A stretch of 64,000 nucleotides of DNA. Origin: Epithemia pelagica. Lineage: Eukaryota > Protista > Bacillariophyta. The notes under the pieces are model-generated. The model was not told the DNA's origin and did not search any database. It worked only from the letters and a program-made list of their open reading frames with translations. The stretch spans positions 2,356,001 to 2,420,000 of the forward strand of contig OX337234.1 in assembly GCA_946965045.2 (NCBI GenBank), in the 5' to 3' direction. Both the position numbers and the translations under genes were made by a program. This document shows positions 52,246-63,552 of the stretch, one piece after another. The first letter of the stretch is position 1, and each line of letters starts with the position of its first letter.

Positions 52246-52764
52246 GTTTTCTTCATTGTTTGTTGTTGAACTCGCCGTAGAAAAATGATCAGGTTTTTAT
52301 GACAATTATTTGTGCATGTGAAATTTACGATTGGTAGTAATGAAAAAAAACTGGAAATCTATTTTAACGCTGCCGCACCCGCTCATCGCAAGGAGAGCGC
52401 CGGGCCTAGGAAACCTACCTAGGTAGGCGAGGACTAAATAGGCATGGGTAGACAGGAGTCAACCCATTCCAGAGGATGAACGAATAATAGGACACCAAGT
52501 GTTGATCCACGTGCGGAAGTTGAAGAGATGTTGGTTCATGAAGAAAATGGTCCGCAGTGGACTCGTAGAAGAAAGTACGATCGGCGTGGCGGACAAAGGG
52601 GCGAAGGGTATATAGCTCAACAATCTCCCTTTGAGCTTGATGAAGGGGTCCGGCTAAAGGGGCTGAGAGCCATTGTCTTAGTATGATTGTTGATACGTTT
52701 TGCCAAGGCGAGATATAGACCTTTGTTTGTTGCGTGGGGGGACTTTTGGACACCCAATGTCTTG

Positions 52765-53156
52765 TGACTTCGGCAAGGAACCCACGATAAAGAGGAGCAT
52801 GCCCGAAGAGAATCCAGCGCGGATGGGTGATCGTACTTGAGGATCGACGACACCAAATTCCAGTACGGCTATGATTTTCAACAAGGCATCGGGACGTTGT
52901 CGATAATGATTCAACAGTTGGGCCACCAAGGTCGGGGATGGACCTTCGGCTGTGGAAATGCCAATCATGGGCAATAAACTTTCCTTTTTGAGCATTTCAT
53001 CTTGATACACAAGGATATATGTTCCTGTTCGAGTGCTAATTCTCTCTGCATGACTTCATGTTGGGACTTGGTGGCCACAAATTCCCCCGTGGCCATGGAC
53101 ACGGCCCCGGCCAAACTCCCAGCAATGGCCGTCAAGAAAATATCCGTCGTCGTCAA
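52765..53156 (-). pseudogene. Fragment of a VIT1/CCC1 (vacuolar iron transporter) gene
   Basis: AGSLAGAVSMATGEFVATKSQ then a frameshift into ...EFG...SPIRAGFSSGMLLFIVGSLP. The N- and C-terminal helices are missing. Confidence 0.75.
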
Positions 53157-54130
53157 GCCGGCGTGATTGCAGATAGCCGAAGTCCAATAGAGCCACTCGA
53201 TAAAGATCGAATGAGGTCGTCAACGGACGCCTCAACGGACTCCAAACGTGCATCTGCGTCCAAGTCCCCGGCGTGCTGGATCCTTTCTCTTGCTTGGATG
53301 ACAGTTTCTTGATGAAGTCCGATAACCCTGCCATCTTTCAACACAACCCCGCCGCCACTGTCGCCAGCAAATGACGGGCACTGATATACAAAATGGCGCG
53401 AGTACAGTTTCGCTATCTCCCCTCGGAACAAACCAACGGATAGACTAGGGTCCAGGTCCTCTAGATCCTGCTGTATGCCTATTTGAAACGCTGCAAGAAT
53501 GCATTGCCTCCCTGGTGTTAACGGCTCAAGTGACCCTTCCAAAAATGCCGGCAAATCTGCTTCGCCTTTTATGGTGGAGAGAATGCAATAGTCGAGGCGG
53601 GTGTCGTAGCTTGAAAATCTCAAACGTCGCGTAATTTGCTCCATGGGTTTTCCAAAGTGGCAAGTTACTTCCTTGTCCACCGTCGGATGAACAAAGTTGT
53701 GGGCAACACTGTATACAACTGTCGACGACACTGCGAAGCCAGTTCCGATGGGCTTATTATTGCCGTCTCGGTCCTCCTCTCGGAAAAAGCAGACTGCACT
53801 CGTAAGTTTGTCGTACACTCCGTCTCCCAATATGTTGTCTTCGGTTGCTCCGCTTGTTTCATGCCGTTGTTGGAAACGATTCTTCAAGCCATAAAATGCA
53901 ATCCATCCATTCAGCAGGTCCTTCACAGCGGCTGGCTCCCCATGTGAATGTCGTTGGACAAACTCCTCGAGCGTCGAAGCCTTGGCGTCTTGCCATTGCA
54001 GATTTCCGTACTCTGTTGTGAACTTTGTTTCAAGCAGCGCCTTGTACTTTCCGTTTGGACCAACATGTGTAGTCAAGTCCGTGTCATCCTGGACGGCACC
54101 GAAGTCACCTTGTCTTTGCTCATTTTTCAT
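53153..54130 (-). CDS. Trypsin-like serine protease domain protein, no signal peptide
   Basis: GTGFAV..SVAHN (His), LDYCIL (Asp), FAGDSGGGV (Ser), VIGLH. Confidence 0.8.
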   Translation of the reverse strand: MKNEQRQGDFGAVQDDTDLTTHVGPNGKYKALLETKFTTEYGNLQWQDAKASTLEEFVQRHSHGEPAAVKDLLNGWIAFYGLKNRFQQRHETSGATEDNILGDGVYDKLTSAVCFFREEDRDGNNKPIGTGFAVSSTVVYSVAHNFVHPTVDKEVTCHFGKPMEQITRRLRFSSYDTRLDYCILSTIKGEADLPAFLEGSLEPLTPGRQCILAAFQIGIQQDLEDLDPSLSVGLFRGEIAKLYSRHFVYQCPSFAGDSGGGVVLKDGRVIGLHQETVIQARERIQHAGDLDADARLESVEASVDDLIRSLSSGSIGLRLSAITPA

Positions 54131-54316
54131 TTTCTTTCTCGCTAGAGTTTCTTAGTCGCCCTTGGGTCTTCGGCCACAGCCCCACAGAGCACCCCACAGA
54201 AATCATTGCGTGCGACCACCTCATTTCTTTCGCCATCTCAGCGAGTTGCAGAGGTTCACCTCGATATGGTTCATACTTCATACTTCTTGATTGAACGTAG
54301 CTCAAGGACAGGCAAA

Positions 54317-54970
54317 ATGAAGATTTGTCATCCTGTGCCATTCGCTTTGTTGGGACTGGTTGTGGGTTCGTTAGCATGGTCACCCAGCACAAGTCATGAC
54401 GCAATTGGTTCTCGCCGAAATTTTATGGAGAAGACAGTGGCTTCGGCCTTTGGGGTGGTGACTCTTCTCTCGAATGAACCTTCGGCGTGGGCCGTGTCTC
54501 CTGCTATTGGCTCTAAAGCTCCATCTTTTGATCTGCCCAACAGCAGAGGTGATGGAAAAACATCTCTGAAAGAATTGGTTTCCTCTGGGAAATGGACCGT
54601 CCTATACTTTTATCCTGGTGCCTTCACATCTGGATGCACCTTGGAAGCGAAATCATTTCAGCGCGATTTGGATGACTACAGGAATTTGAACGCACAAATC
54701 GTTGGAGTCTCGGTCGATCCGCCGGAGAAAAATGCTCAGTTTTGCTCCTCTGTTGGTTTGGATTTCTTTATGCTGAGTGACATTGGAGGAGAAGTTTCGA
54801 AACTATACGGTAGCGCCTTGTCCATCCCGGGTTTTGGGTCTTTCTCAAACAGACAAACATACTTGATAGATCCCAAAGGTAATGTGCAGTGGGTGTTTGA
54901 AGACGTTGAATCCAGGATTCCTCGTCATTCGCAAGAGGTACTTTCGAAACTTCAAGAATTGACTGCGTAG
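54317..54970 (+). CDS. PRXQ: Peroxiredoxin Q (BCP), plastid-targeted
   Basis: VLYFYPGAFTSGCTLEAKSF, VGVSVD. Presequence ends SLA|W. Confidence 0.9.
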   Translation: MKICHPVPFALLGLVVGSLAWSPSTSHDAIGSRRNFMEKTVASAFGVVTLLSNEPSAWAVSPAIGSKAPSFDLPNSRGDGKTSLKELVSSGKWTVLYFYPGAFTSGCTLEAKSFQRDLDDYRNLNAQIVGVSVDPPEKNAQFCSSVGLDFFMLSDIGGEVSKLYGSALSIPGFGSFSNRQTYLIDPKGNVQWVFEDVESRIPRHSQEVLSKLQELTA

Positions 54971-55098
54971 ACTCAGGGGATGTATTTCACCTTCAGCTTA
55001 ATTGATGTATATCTAATCAGAGTGCTACTCAGTAAACCAAGAGAATAATTTTTGTGTTAACTGCTGTAAAAATTACCAAATATTTCAGTTGAAGTGGT

Positions 55099-55728
55099 TC
55101 AAGATCCTTGTTGCTGCCGAGTGGCGAAGAAATCGTCGAAATCAGCAGAGTCTCCCGTTTTGGCATTTGGTGCTGCAGGAGTCTCTCCTGACGTTGAAAC
55201 AATGTTTCCAAAAGGATCTTCCTCGCCGGTGGTTTTCGCGTTTGGTTGAGGTGGAGCAGATTGGTCCGTTGCATACCCAGGATTGTTTTCAAGATCCAAG
55301 AGAAAATCAGGTTCAGATGCCGGTGCAGGAGCTGCTGCAGTTGTACTAGCACTTGTCTCCGTCATTGCCAGGGTTTCCACCTGTTCTAGCATTTTTGTCA
55401 ACCGTTCTTGGACCTCAAAGCAATGCACCAATGCGGCTTCGCCCAACAATCCGGGATCTGCTGATATCAACTCAACGAGTCGTGGTGCGCAAGCTTCCAG
55501 AAAACCAATCACTGTGCGGACAGTCTCGTCGGTTCGAATCGAAGGACGGGCGGCACCCTGCCCCGGGTTCAAAAGGGAATTGCACAGATCCAACTTTTCT
55601 TGAACTACCTGCAAATCTGCCTCTATCTTCGCATCTGTGGCCGTCGTATTTGAGCTGGCAAGACCCCCTGGAGCTACACCACTGGATGCGCTCGGGTTTC
55701 CACTCAATAGGTCAACCGCATCCGTCAT
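55099..55728 (-). CDS. GAT-domain (TOM1-like) protein
   Basis: KIEADLQVVQEKLDLCNSLL...FLEACAPRLVELI...EVQERLTKML helical bundle. Acidic DPF/DDFF tail motifs. Confidence 0.72.
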   Translation of the reverse strand: MTDAVDLLSGNPSASSGVAPGGLASSNTTATDAKIEADLQVVQEKLDLCNSLLNPGQGAARPSIRTDETVRTVIGFLEACAPRLVELISADPGLLGEAALVHCFEVQERLTKMLEQVETLAMTETSASTTAAAPAPASEPDFLLDLENNPGYATDQSAPPQPNAKTTGEEDPFGNIVSTSGETPAAPNAKTGDSADFDDFFATRQQQGS

Positions 55729-56270
55729 TTTACGTATTCACTCGATTGGATCAATGGCAATGGAACAGAGCATCTATTCAGAGACTCCTTGAGACGCCCC
55801 AAACGCCATTATTCTGCTGCCACGACTCGAAGATTGAATCCCTCTTATTCTCATTTGGTGGTGGTACTTTCAATCGTATAATCGTATCTTGTATCGTACG
55901 TTATGTACTTTAATACGATGGAAAGTATGTTTGTTTGAATTTTAGGAATTTGGGACCGCGACGTTTTCGTGGTTATGCCGGCTCCCTCCCTCCGGCGCAC
56001 ATCCTAATTAATCTAAACTTCCAAACAGGATTATTCCACTTCGGCACGCGCGCACAAACTGGCTCTCTTTCATGTGGGAGGCTCGCAAAATGCATGACGA
56101 AGAGAGCTGGAAGGGGACGAGGAAGGTGGCAAGTTGCAACGTAAACGTTACACCTTGAGCAATATCCTCCCGAAAACAAAAGAGGTTGACGACCCAAAAT
56201 TGAAAAGTGACGCGTATATCAATCCTGGTTGGAACGAACTGCTCGCAGCAACTCGATTCTTGGAGCAGTA

Positions 56271-59200
56271 ATGTTTGGAGCAAAATGGGGCTTCCGTAGG
56301 AAAAAGAACAAAAATAACAACGATGTCTCTGCCGCTGACTCGAGTGTCAACATCAGCGTGTCGTCAGTGTCGACGAAGAGCATTGTTTCCAATGTCGGAT
56401 ATGGTCAGCCAAACGGGGATACCAACCGATCCATGGCTCTGAGTTTGGCATCGCATGCTGACAGGTCATCGGATGACAGTGGAAGTGACGATGAATCCAC
56501 TCCCGTATACTTGACAATGGAAGAGACACTGAATCTAGGAGTTTTGGATCACATTGATCGACAGATTGCCATTCTTGACCCCGCCGACGTGGAACAGTCG
56601 GCAGAAGTAGACTCATTTCTTCTCTTTGAAGATGCCGCATTTGACGAGAAAGGTGGACTGGAAATGGTTCAACAAAAAGCAACCCCACAAAATGACCGTC
56701 TTTTTGGCAATGACCTGGAAGACAGCGAAAACAAAGAAAATGCCTTTTTCACATCCCCAAACAAAGAGGACCCAAAGTCTCCTGAGCCACATGGACAAGG
56801 AGACTCAGGGATTAATCAAACACCTGGTAATGACAACAATGATTCGTTCAGGAACGAGCAACATGAAGAACCCCGAAAGACGATCAGTGCCTCTACAGAG
56901 ACTACAGGAGATACCCCCGGTCCCTCCTTTAGTGATGATTACAGTTTTGAAGTAGATGAAGGATACAACGAAAAAGTGGAAAGAGAACGAGATGAGCTGG
57001 ACGCTGTACTTGATGAAGTGCTTGCTGATACACCAGCCAAGACTCCTCCTCGGAGTCCACCAGATATTCCCCCTGTAGATTCTGGCGAGGCACCTGCAAT
57101 TACCGATAGCCAAAATGTGTGGCTCAATTGTCTCGAAGAAAACGGAGTTGACTTGAGCGCCTCGCCTCTGTTTACCAGGACCCAATCTACAGTGCCATCG
57201 CTCACGGTCGACCCTGGTGCCTCATCCCTAACTGCAGACCCTAGAGTTAGACCTGTTCCTTCTCCAGGACGAAATGGAAAGCCAGACACTGACGATGATG
57301 TGACCCCTCGGGAGAGCTTTGCAGGCACACCATCCCACCGATTCCAGTCGGCTACTATTTCTGGAATCCTCAAATCATATGAATTCGACAAAAATCCTGC
57401 AAGGATGGTATACACAAAAGCTGGCGACGATACGATGGACTCTTCTTGTTCTATTATTGAAAGTCAGCTCTCATATTCCCCATCGTGCGCGTCGGAGCAA
57501 TCCATGTCAGATACAACTCACCGTTTTAGGAGGTCCGACGACTTTCTATCACTTTCGTTTTCAAACACTCTGTCATCATATGGAGAAGATGATGACCATC
57601 ATCATGATGTACCATTCCTTCTCAGTGGAGGAGGAGATGTTGGAAGGTCATCTGAAGAAGAGGATGAGAAGCTCCAGGATCCCATGTGTTTGTTGGAGAC
57701 TGACAGGAGAGAAGATAATCATCAAACCTCTGAACCACAGCAAGAAGACATCACTCTGACTCCCCAAGAGGAAGAAGAAAGTGGCCATGTCGATGGGCGT
57801 GTAGTTGCCGATTCCATGGGCATGTTTTCGTACAATAGGGGATCCAGAAAACCACTGAGAGACCGAGCTGGGAGAGATGAACGCCGAGATGACGAAAACG
57901 CAGGGCATGAGGATGATCAAGCTCCCGACGAAAGTGAAGATGGCGGCAAGGAAGACGAAGATGATCATCGGGATACCTCGCGCGAATCATCGAAAGTAAA
58001 AGCAAGCGACGATGATGAGTCCTCTAAGGAGACAGACAATGATGACGACGAGGAAGACGAAGGAAACGAAGAACAAAGTCGCGAATCGACCACTGGCTCA
58101 AATCAAGAACGCAGCCCCTCGCGCTTAGGCATCGCTCCAGTGCAGCGACCATTCACTTCTGCTGATGACGTTGGCTACGTAACGGTTGCCAGCCAGAGGA
58201 AGTCCACCGATGGGAACGCTCGTGCCTCCCCATCGTTGGTTGTTCTATGTGTTGGCACATCAGGTTCCATAGATTCAGAATCTCCTCGTCAGATTTCCCA
58301 GTCCATATTTGAAACCAAAGAGGCCCTTCGGTTCGATGTCGTCAAGTCTTTTGATGCAGCAGACATTGGAGAAGAAGGTTCACCGAAAAATATTAGCCGG
58401 ACGAAATCTGATTCTTTCCCAAATCGACCAAAGGGCAATGATCCTCATATTGATTTATTCGAATCAAGAGCGGTCGCAAAGAAAGGAAGACATCTTGATA
58501 CTAGGGACCGAAATGAGGATCTAAGCCACGCTTCATTTGATACAGATTCTCCCAGAAAGATAGCTGAATCGATTCTTGAAGCCAAGGAAGCCGTTCACTT
58601 CTCCGTTGTTAGATCTTTTGACGAAGCTGAGAACAAAGAATCTTCGTATAATAGTGTGGCTCAAACAACATTGGAGTCTTTTGCATCATCTGACGGACAA
58701 GTTCAACCAAGAGACAGTTCTGGAAGGAGACTTGTTCAGCGTCCCGGTGTTGATTCGCCTGGGGTACCACCTCCTTTGAGTCCTCATCCAATATCATTTG
58801 CCAACGGTGGCACGAAAACGTGTGCTACTGCACAGGCACCGTCCAACGAAGCAGTCCATTTAGGTTCTGCATCGAATGGACCCCTTCCTTCAATTTCCGA
58901 AACCACCCGTAAACAAAAAGAAAACGTGGCACAGAACGGAAATCCCCTTGCTACTCAAGAAACTGTCGATTCCATTTTCATGGTGTCTCAAAGTCCATCC
59001 GACATTGACAAGGATCCTTACAAGTGGGCATACTTAGCTTGGTATCGAAAAGGTCTGCTTGATGGCAACAAGTGGGACAGTGTTTTGAATGAGAAACCAT
59101 TGAGCAGCGATGATGACGATGACCGAATCTCGAGTTCACTTGTTCCGAGCGGAAGAGATCTCGTGGCGTGTGACTTTGGTGAAGTGCTTGACAAACCAAA

Positions 59201-61253
59201 TCGACCTGCTTCATTCGCACATAAGCTAAAGGATCGGAGGAGCTTACCTGCCGCACCAAGAACTATTGGTGAACCTAAATCGGCATCGCGTCGAAAATCC
59301 TTTGCCAATATAATGAAAATGTGGCGCGACAAGAGTGAAGACCAACCTCTTTCGGAGTTTTTATCCCCGGAACATACAATCAAGTCCTCTGCGAGTGGAA
59401 GAGGACGAGAACGAGCAGACTTTGCTGATACAGATGTGAAGAGTTTAGCTCTAAGTCCATTAATGGAACACCAAACAAAGAAATCAGTCGATCAAGTTTT
59501 GACTGCTCGAGATCTGGTCCAAACGCCAGAACGTGATCAATATGAAATTGCGGCGAAAGGTAACCCTAAAGACATATCCGGAATGGGCAAAATCCCATCT
59601 GATACAGAGAAAGTGAATCTCGAAATGCGAGCGCTGACGCTAGCGAGAGCCTCCAGTCCACCAAAATCTTCTCCAAACCGTTCTCAAGATCAGAATCCTG
59701 GCAAGTTCAAAATGCACATTACTCCTGTCTATTCCCGCACGGCTCCTACGAACCCCAGGTCGGAAGAATCAGCTGCTTCGAAATACGACAAACGTGACGT
59801 CAGTTCCATCTTTCGTAATATGGAGGGTCGAAAAAAAACAGCAATCGAAAGTCCTGCTGTGTCGGCTCCCATGTCCATGGAACTGGGACATCTAAAGGCG
59901 ATCTCGGAAAAAGATAGTGGTGCAAGAAAACATGAGGACACACCCGAACAAGATCGCGAGAAGAGTCCCACATTTTCTGTTGATCTCATGTGGCAACATT
60001 CATCGCAAACTGATGACAATTCGAACACACGCGACGCCGGGTTTTTAGTTTTGCCCAAACCTTCGTTTGCTCAAGCTGCTGCGTTCCACTCCCGCGATCG
60101 ATCTCCTGATGTGGGTCCCGGAAAGTATTACGGACGTCGACGGCCTGTTGGTAAGGGAATGTCTGTTGATGAACAATTGCAGAGACCGTCGCATAGAAAA
60201 TCGGTTGATCCAAGACGAAAGCGCAACGCAGCGGTACTCGATGAGAAAAGAGATAGAAGGGTGTCCGAGCCAGTTCGATTTAGTTCCTCGCCATCCAAGA
60301 GCCAAGGAGACTATAGAACTGCTGTGGTAGCGTTCTTAGGGAATGCGGAGGAGGGTCGATCAATGGGACGGACAAGCATTTTAGACGGAGGCACAGTGAA
60401 ATCAGTCGAGACGAACTCACAAAGTTTGTACTTCCGTCAGGGCACGAGCACTGAGAAAAGGCGTGAGTCGATCAATACGCCCAGCGCAGTCGCCCTTCTT
60501 TCTGGTCGCAAGGATATTCCGAGTGAAATTGCTGTAAAAGAGAGTACACCCATGACATCCGCTTCGTCAATGGGATGGCTGAAACTTCATCCAGGCGATT
60601 CCGGAAGCCGTGCAACCACGGCACAAAGCTCACCAAGAACAAGGAATTCGAACCTGAGACCTGATTTGACCATGGGTTGTAGTTTTGATGCCGAAGACTC
60701 AGTGTTTTCGGAAGATGATGATCAACCGTGTGAATGCGTAGCATCCCTGTTTTCTGAGAATGACGAGCTGGCTAATTTTTTCCTTCCCAAGATGGGTATG
60801 GCGTGCACTTGTGGAAAGCGACGATTGGGACTTGTGGATCCTAACGAACCAACTGCGTTGAGAAACATACTACGTCCATGGCAAGTCAGATTCCTGGCTG
60901 GATTCGGGATCAGCCGCGGTGACCAATTGGTAAAGGCAAATCATCGAAGTGCACAGGCCCTCGCCACATCGCTTCGCCAATACAGACGCAAACATCACAT
61001 GACAGCCTTCCGAACCAAATCATGCGGCATGGCCATCCAGATCTGGTCGAGAACCGCCAAAACATTTGTGCGTTCCATCCGAAAACAATTGGTGGAAGGG
61101 ACGGACCGACTGGAACCTCCCAACACGATGGAAATCTTGTCGTCCTTTCTGGATAAGATGCAAGAAATGAATCATCCCCGACCCACTGACGATAACCACA
61201 ACAATAAGATTACAAACCCGAGTCCCAAGGAAGGCCGGAGAGAAGAGATATAA
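56271..61253 (+). CDS. Large, mostly disordered protein with a Cys-containing conserved-looking C-terminal domain
   Basis: ORF of 1674 codons. C-terminal CEC...MACTCG...LRPWQVRFLAGFGI region. Confidence 0.8.
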   Translation: MFGAKWGFRRKKNKNNNDVSAADSSVNISVSSVSTKSIVSNVGYGQPNGDTNRSMALSLASHADRSSDDSGSDDESTPVYLTMEETLNLGVLDHIDRQIAILDPADVEQSAEVDSFLLFEDAAFDEKGGLEMVQQKATPQNDRLFGNDLEDSENKENAFFTSPNKEDPKSPEPHGQGDSGINQTPGNDNNDSFRNEQHEEPRKTISASTETTGDTPGPSFSDDYSFEVDEGYNEKVERERDELDAVLDEVLADTPAKTPPRSPPDIPPVDSGEAPAITDSQNVWLNCLEENGVDLSASPLFTRTQSTVPSLTVDPGASSLTADPRVRPVPSPGRNGKPDTDDDVTPRESFAGTPSHRFQSATISGILKSYEFDKNPARMVYTKAGDDTMDSSCSIIESQLSYSPSCASEQSMSDTTHRFRRSDDFLSLSFSNTLSSYGEDDDHHHDVPFLLSGGGDVGRSSEEEDEKLQDPMCLLETDRREDNHQTSEPQQEDITLTPQEEEESGHVDGRVVADSMGMFSYNRGSRKPLRDRAGRDERRDDENAGHEDDQAPDESEDGGKEDEDDHRDTSRESSKVKASDDDESSKETDNDDDEEDEGNEEQSRESTTGSNQERSPSRLGIAPVQRPFTSADDVGYVTVASQRKSTDGNARASPSLVVLCVGTSGSIDSESPRQISQSIFETKEALRFDVVKSFDAADIGEEGSPKNISRTKSDSFPNRPKGNDPHIDLFESRAVAKKGRHLDTRDRNEDLSHASFDTDSPRKIAESILEAKEAVHFSVVRSFDEAENKESSYNSVAQTTLESFASSDGQVQPRDSSGRRLVQRPGVDSPGVPPPLSPHPISFANGGTKTCATAQAPSNEAVHLGSASNGPLPSISETTRKQKENVAQNGNPLATQETVDSIFMVSQSPSDIDKDPYKWAYLAWYRKGLLDGNKWDSVLNEKPLSSDDDDDRISSSLVPSGRDLVACDFGEVLDKPNRPASFAHKLKDRRSLPAAPRTIGEPKSASRRKSFANIMKMWRDKSEDQPLSEFLSPEHTIKSSASGRGRERADFADTDVKSLALSPLMEHQTKKSVDQVLTARDLVQTPERDQYEIAAKGNPKDISGMGKIPSDTEKVNLEMRALTLARASSPPKSSPNRSQDQNPGKFKMHITPVYSRTAPTNPRSEESAASKYDKRDVSSIFRNMEGRKKTAIESPAVSAPMSMELGHLKAISEKDSGARKHEDTPEQDREKSPTFSVDLMWQHSSQTDDNSNTRDAGFLVLPKPSFAQAAAFHSRDRSPDVGPGKYYGRRRPVGKGMSVDEQLQRPSHRKSVDPRRKRNAAVLDEKRDRRVSEPVRFSSSPSKSQGDYRTAVVAFLGNAEEGRSMGRTSILDGGTVKSVETNSQSLYFRQGTSTEKRRESINTPSAVALLSGRKDIPSEIAVKESTPMTSASSMGWLKLHPGDSGSRATTAQSSPRTRNSNLRPDLTMGCSFDAEDSVFSEDDDQPCECVASLFSENDELANFFLPKMGMACTCGKRRLGLVDPNEPTALRNILRPWQVRFLAGFGISRGDQLVKANHRSAQALATSLRQYRRKHHMTAFRTKSCGMAIQIWSRTAKTFVRSIRKQLVEGTDRLEPPNTMEILSSFLDKMQEMNHPRPTDDNHNNKITNPSPKEGRREEI

Positions 61254-61593
61254 GAATACCAAACTGGTGGTGGTCTTGGTCAGAGGTGTAGTTGGACGCA
61301 AAGGCAGCAGCGTCGTTGGACATATGGCAGGTGGATAGCATCCAAAGCGAGTGTTCCTAATAAATACATTAGTAATTTCCCTGTTTGAAGTACGCACGAA
61401 AGAAATTTGTGATTCTTCAAGCCCCAACAGGAACACGAGCGGTAGAGTGTGGACTGGCCTCGTGTCTCCATCACACTCTATTTTGATGGGTCGTTGGGTA
61501 CTCTCTTGTTTATTCACAGAGATTTCATTCCAGCCACAAGTTTGGACGTATAAGTCGTATTGTCTGTGTGTGCGTCTGTGTGTCTGTTGCGTT

Positions 61594-61991
61594 TTAGGTT
61601 GTCGCTGCGGCTGCCGCAACTGTCGGCGGTGCAGTTGCTGCTGCTCGTTCCAATCCTTCCAATTGGACAATGGAATTCCCCCGTACAACGACTTGTCCCA
61701 AATATTGTCCCGTCTCTTCTTGTTCGACATCTTCCAAGACAATATTCAAAAAGGCATCGTATCCCCGCAAGGTCCCGGTAATGGTCCGATGGGCATTCAA
61801 ACAAACCTTGAGGCGCTTGTCCTGCAATCACAAACACAGCGAAGCGGTGAGCCAACGACGGAAACGACACACACGCTTGTACTGTCGCGCCAAAGTTTCC
61901 ACGAAATGTACACACACACACACACACGCACATGTCTGTCACGTACCATGAATCGCTTCAAATCAGGACCCTTTTGGAATTTCGGTGCCAT
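61594..61991 (-). CDS. SNRPG: Small nuclear ribonucleoprotein SmG, intron 61822-61946
   Basis: GPDLKRFM|gtacgt...cag|DKRLKVCLNAHRTITGTLRGYDAFLNIVLED..GQVVVRGNSIVQLE. Confidence 0.93.
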
Positions 61992-62337
61992 GGTGGTAGA
62001 GTGGTGGTTGATTTTCGCGAAAGGGGCGTGTTGTGTGGAGTCGAATGCCGTTGCGCATGGATCTTTGGATGGACCGTCACTGGGGATCTACGGGCATCGG
62101 CGGCCAGACGATTCAGAGCGCGCCAACCGTGCCTTTCCACTCTCCATCTGAAAGTAGAGAACGCGCTCGTGGCGTTGGCTTGCATTGTCGCCGAATTGGG
62201 ATTGACATTCTCTCTTGCTCTTTTTTGTCATTCACTCATTTGCTCCCATCGTGTTATTGCTGCATCTCGCATCTCGTCTCATTGGTGTGTTTGGTTTGGT
62301 CCGAAGAGGAGAAATTCCAAAATTCGAACGGGTCATC

Positions 62338-63519
62338 ATGTTTGGTGGTTTGGATATCAAAGGCGGTTCGGCGCCATCGCAACCCAAAGCCGAAGAATCC
62401 ACGGCGGCGGTTTCCAACAACAACCACAATGACGCAACCACTACAACGAGTGCTGGCGGATCGTCCTTTGGATTCTTGTCGTCGTCCTCCTCCGCTGCGG
62501 AACCTCCCTCGAAGGAAGCAGCATCACCTGCGACATCGGGATTTTCCTTCCTGTCGTCGTCATCCACCACAACAACCTCGACTGCGGCGGCTCCGGCGGC
62601 CATGAGTGGCTTTAGTTTCTTGTCGTCATCGTCGTCGTCATCGACTCCCGCGGCAACCACCACCACGACGGAACCAACGACCGAAGCAACCTCTCTGGAA
62701 GTGGATCCACCCGCAGCAGCTTCCTCCTCCTCGTCGTCCTTTGGATTTTTGAATCCAACATCGACCATGCAAGCGACTGCCAATGTCCCCGGAATTCCAT
62801 CTCCCGTGGCCGCCGCCACACCCAACAACGCCACCCCCACGACAACCACAACGACGCCTGTCGTTTCGGAACCTGCCACGGCATCCACACCCGTACCAGC
62901 AGCAGCAGCAGCATCGTCGGGATTTTCCTTTTTGACGACGACGACAAGCCCCGCTCCTGCGACGGAGGAGACGGCGGCGGCAGCACTGCCCATGACGGCA
63001 GCAGCGCCTGTGGAAGCGGCCGCTTCTTCTTCCTCCTCTTCCATGGTGTCACCACCAGTCGTTCCTCCGTCGACCGCCGCAGCCACTGTGACCACCTCTA
63101 CGACTCCTACTAGGACCAGTGCTAGTAATACAACAACTGATATTTTGGGCACCCTGCCAACGACGACCACCACACCAAATTCGGGCATGCCCGCCGGAAG
63201 TGGTCAAGTCTTTGCCAGTGCGGTCGCCGCACCGAGTACGGCACCCAAAAAACGACGCACTCGAACCTCGCGCATTGGGGCCGGGGCACAACCTGCGGCC
63301 AGCAGCAGTCTGCCTCCTCCGAGTAGTACTACTACCACCACAACCACAACAACGACAACGACGGCCGAATCCTCGTCCTCCTCCTCCACACGAGACGAAG
63401 CCACCAAGGCTTCGCAACGGGCCGAAGATTTCATGTCGCGCATGGAACAACAACAACAACAACAAGCTTTGAAACCACCCGTCTCCTCTTCTACCACCAA
63501 ACCGCCCAAACCACCTTCC

Positions 63520-63552
<33 letters not shown>

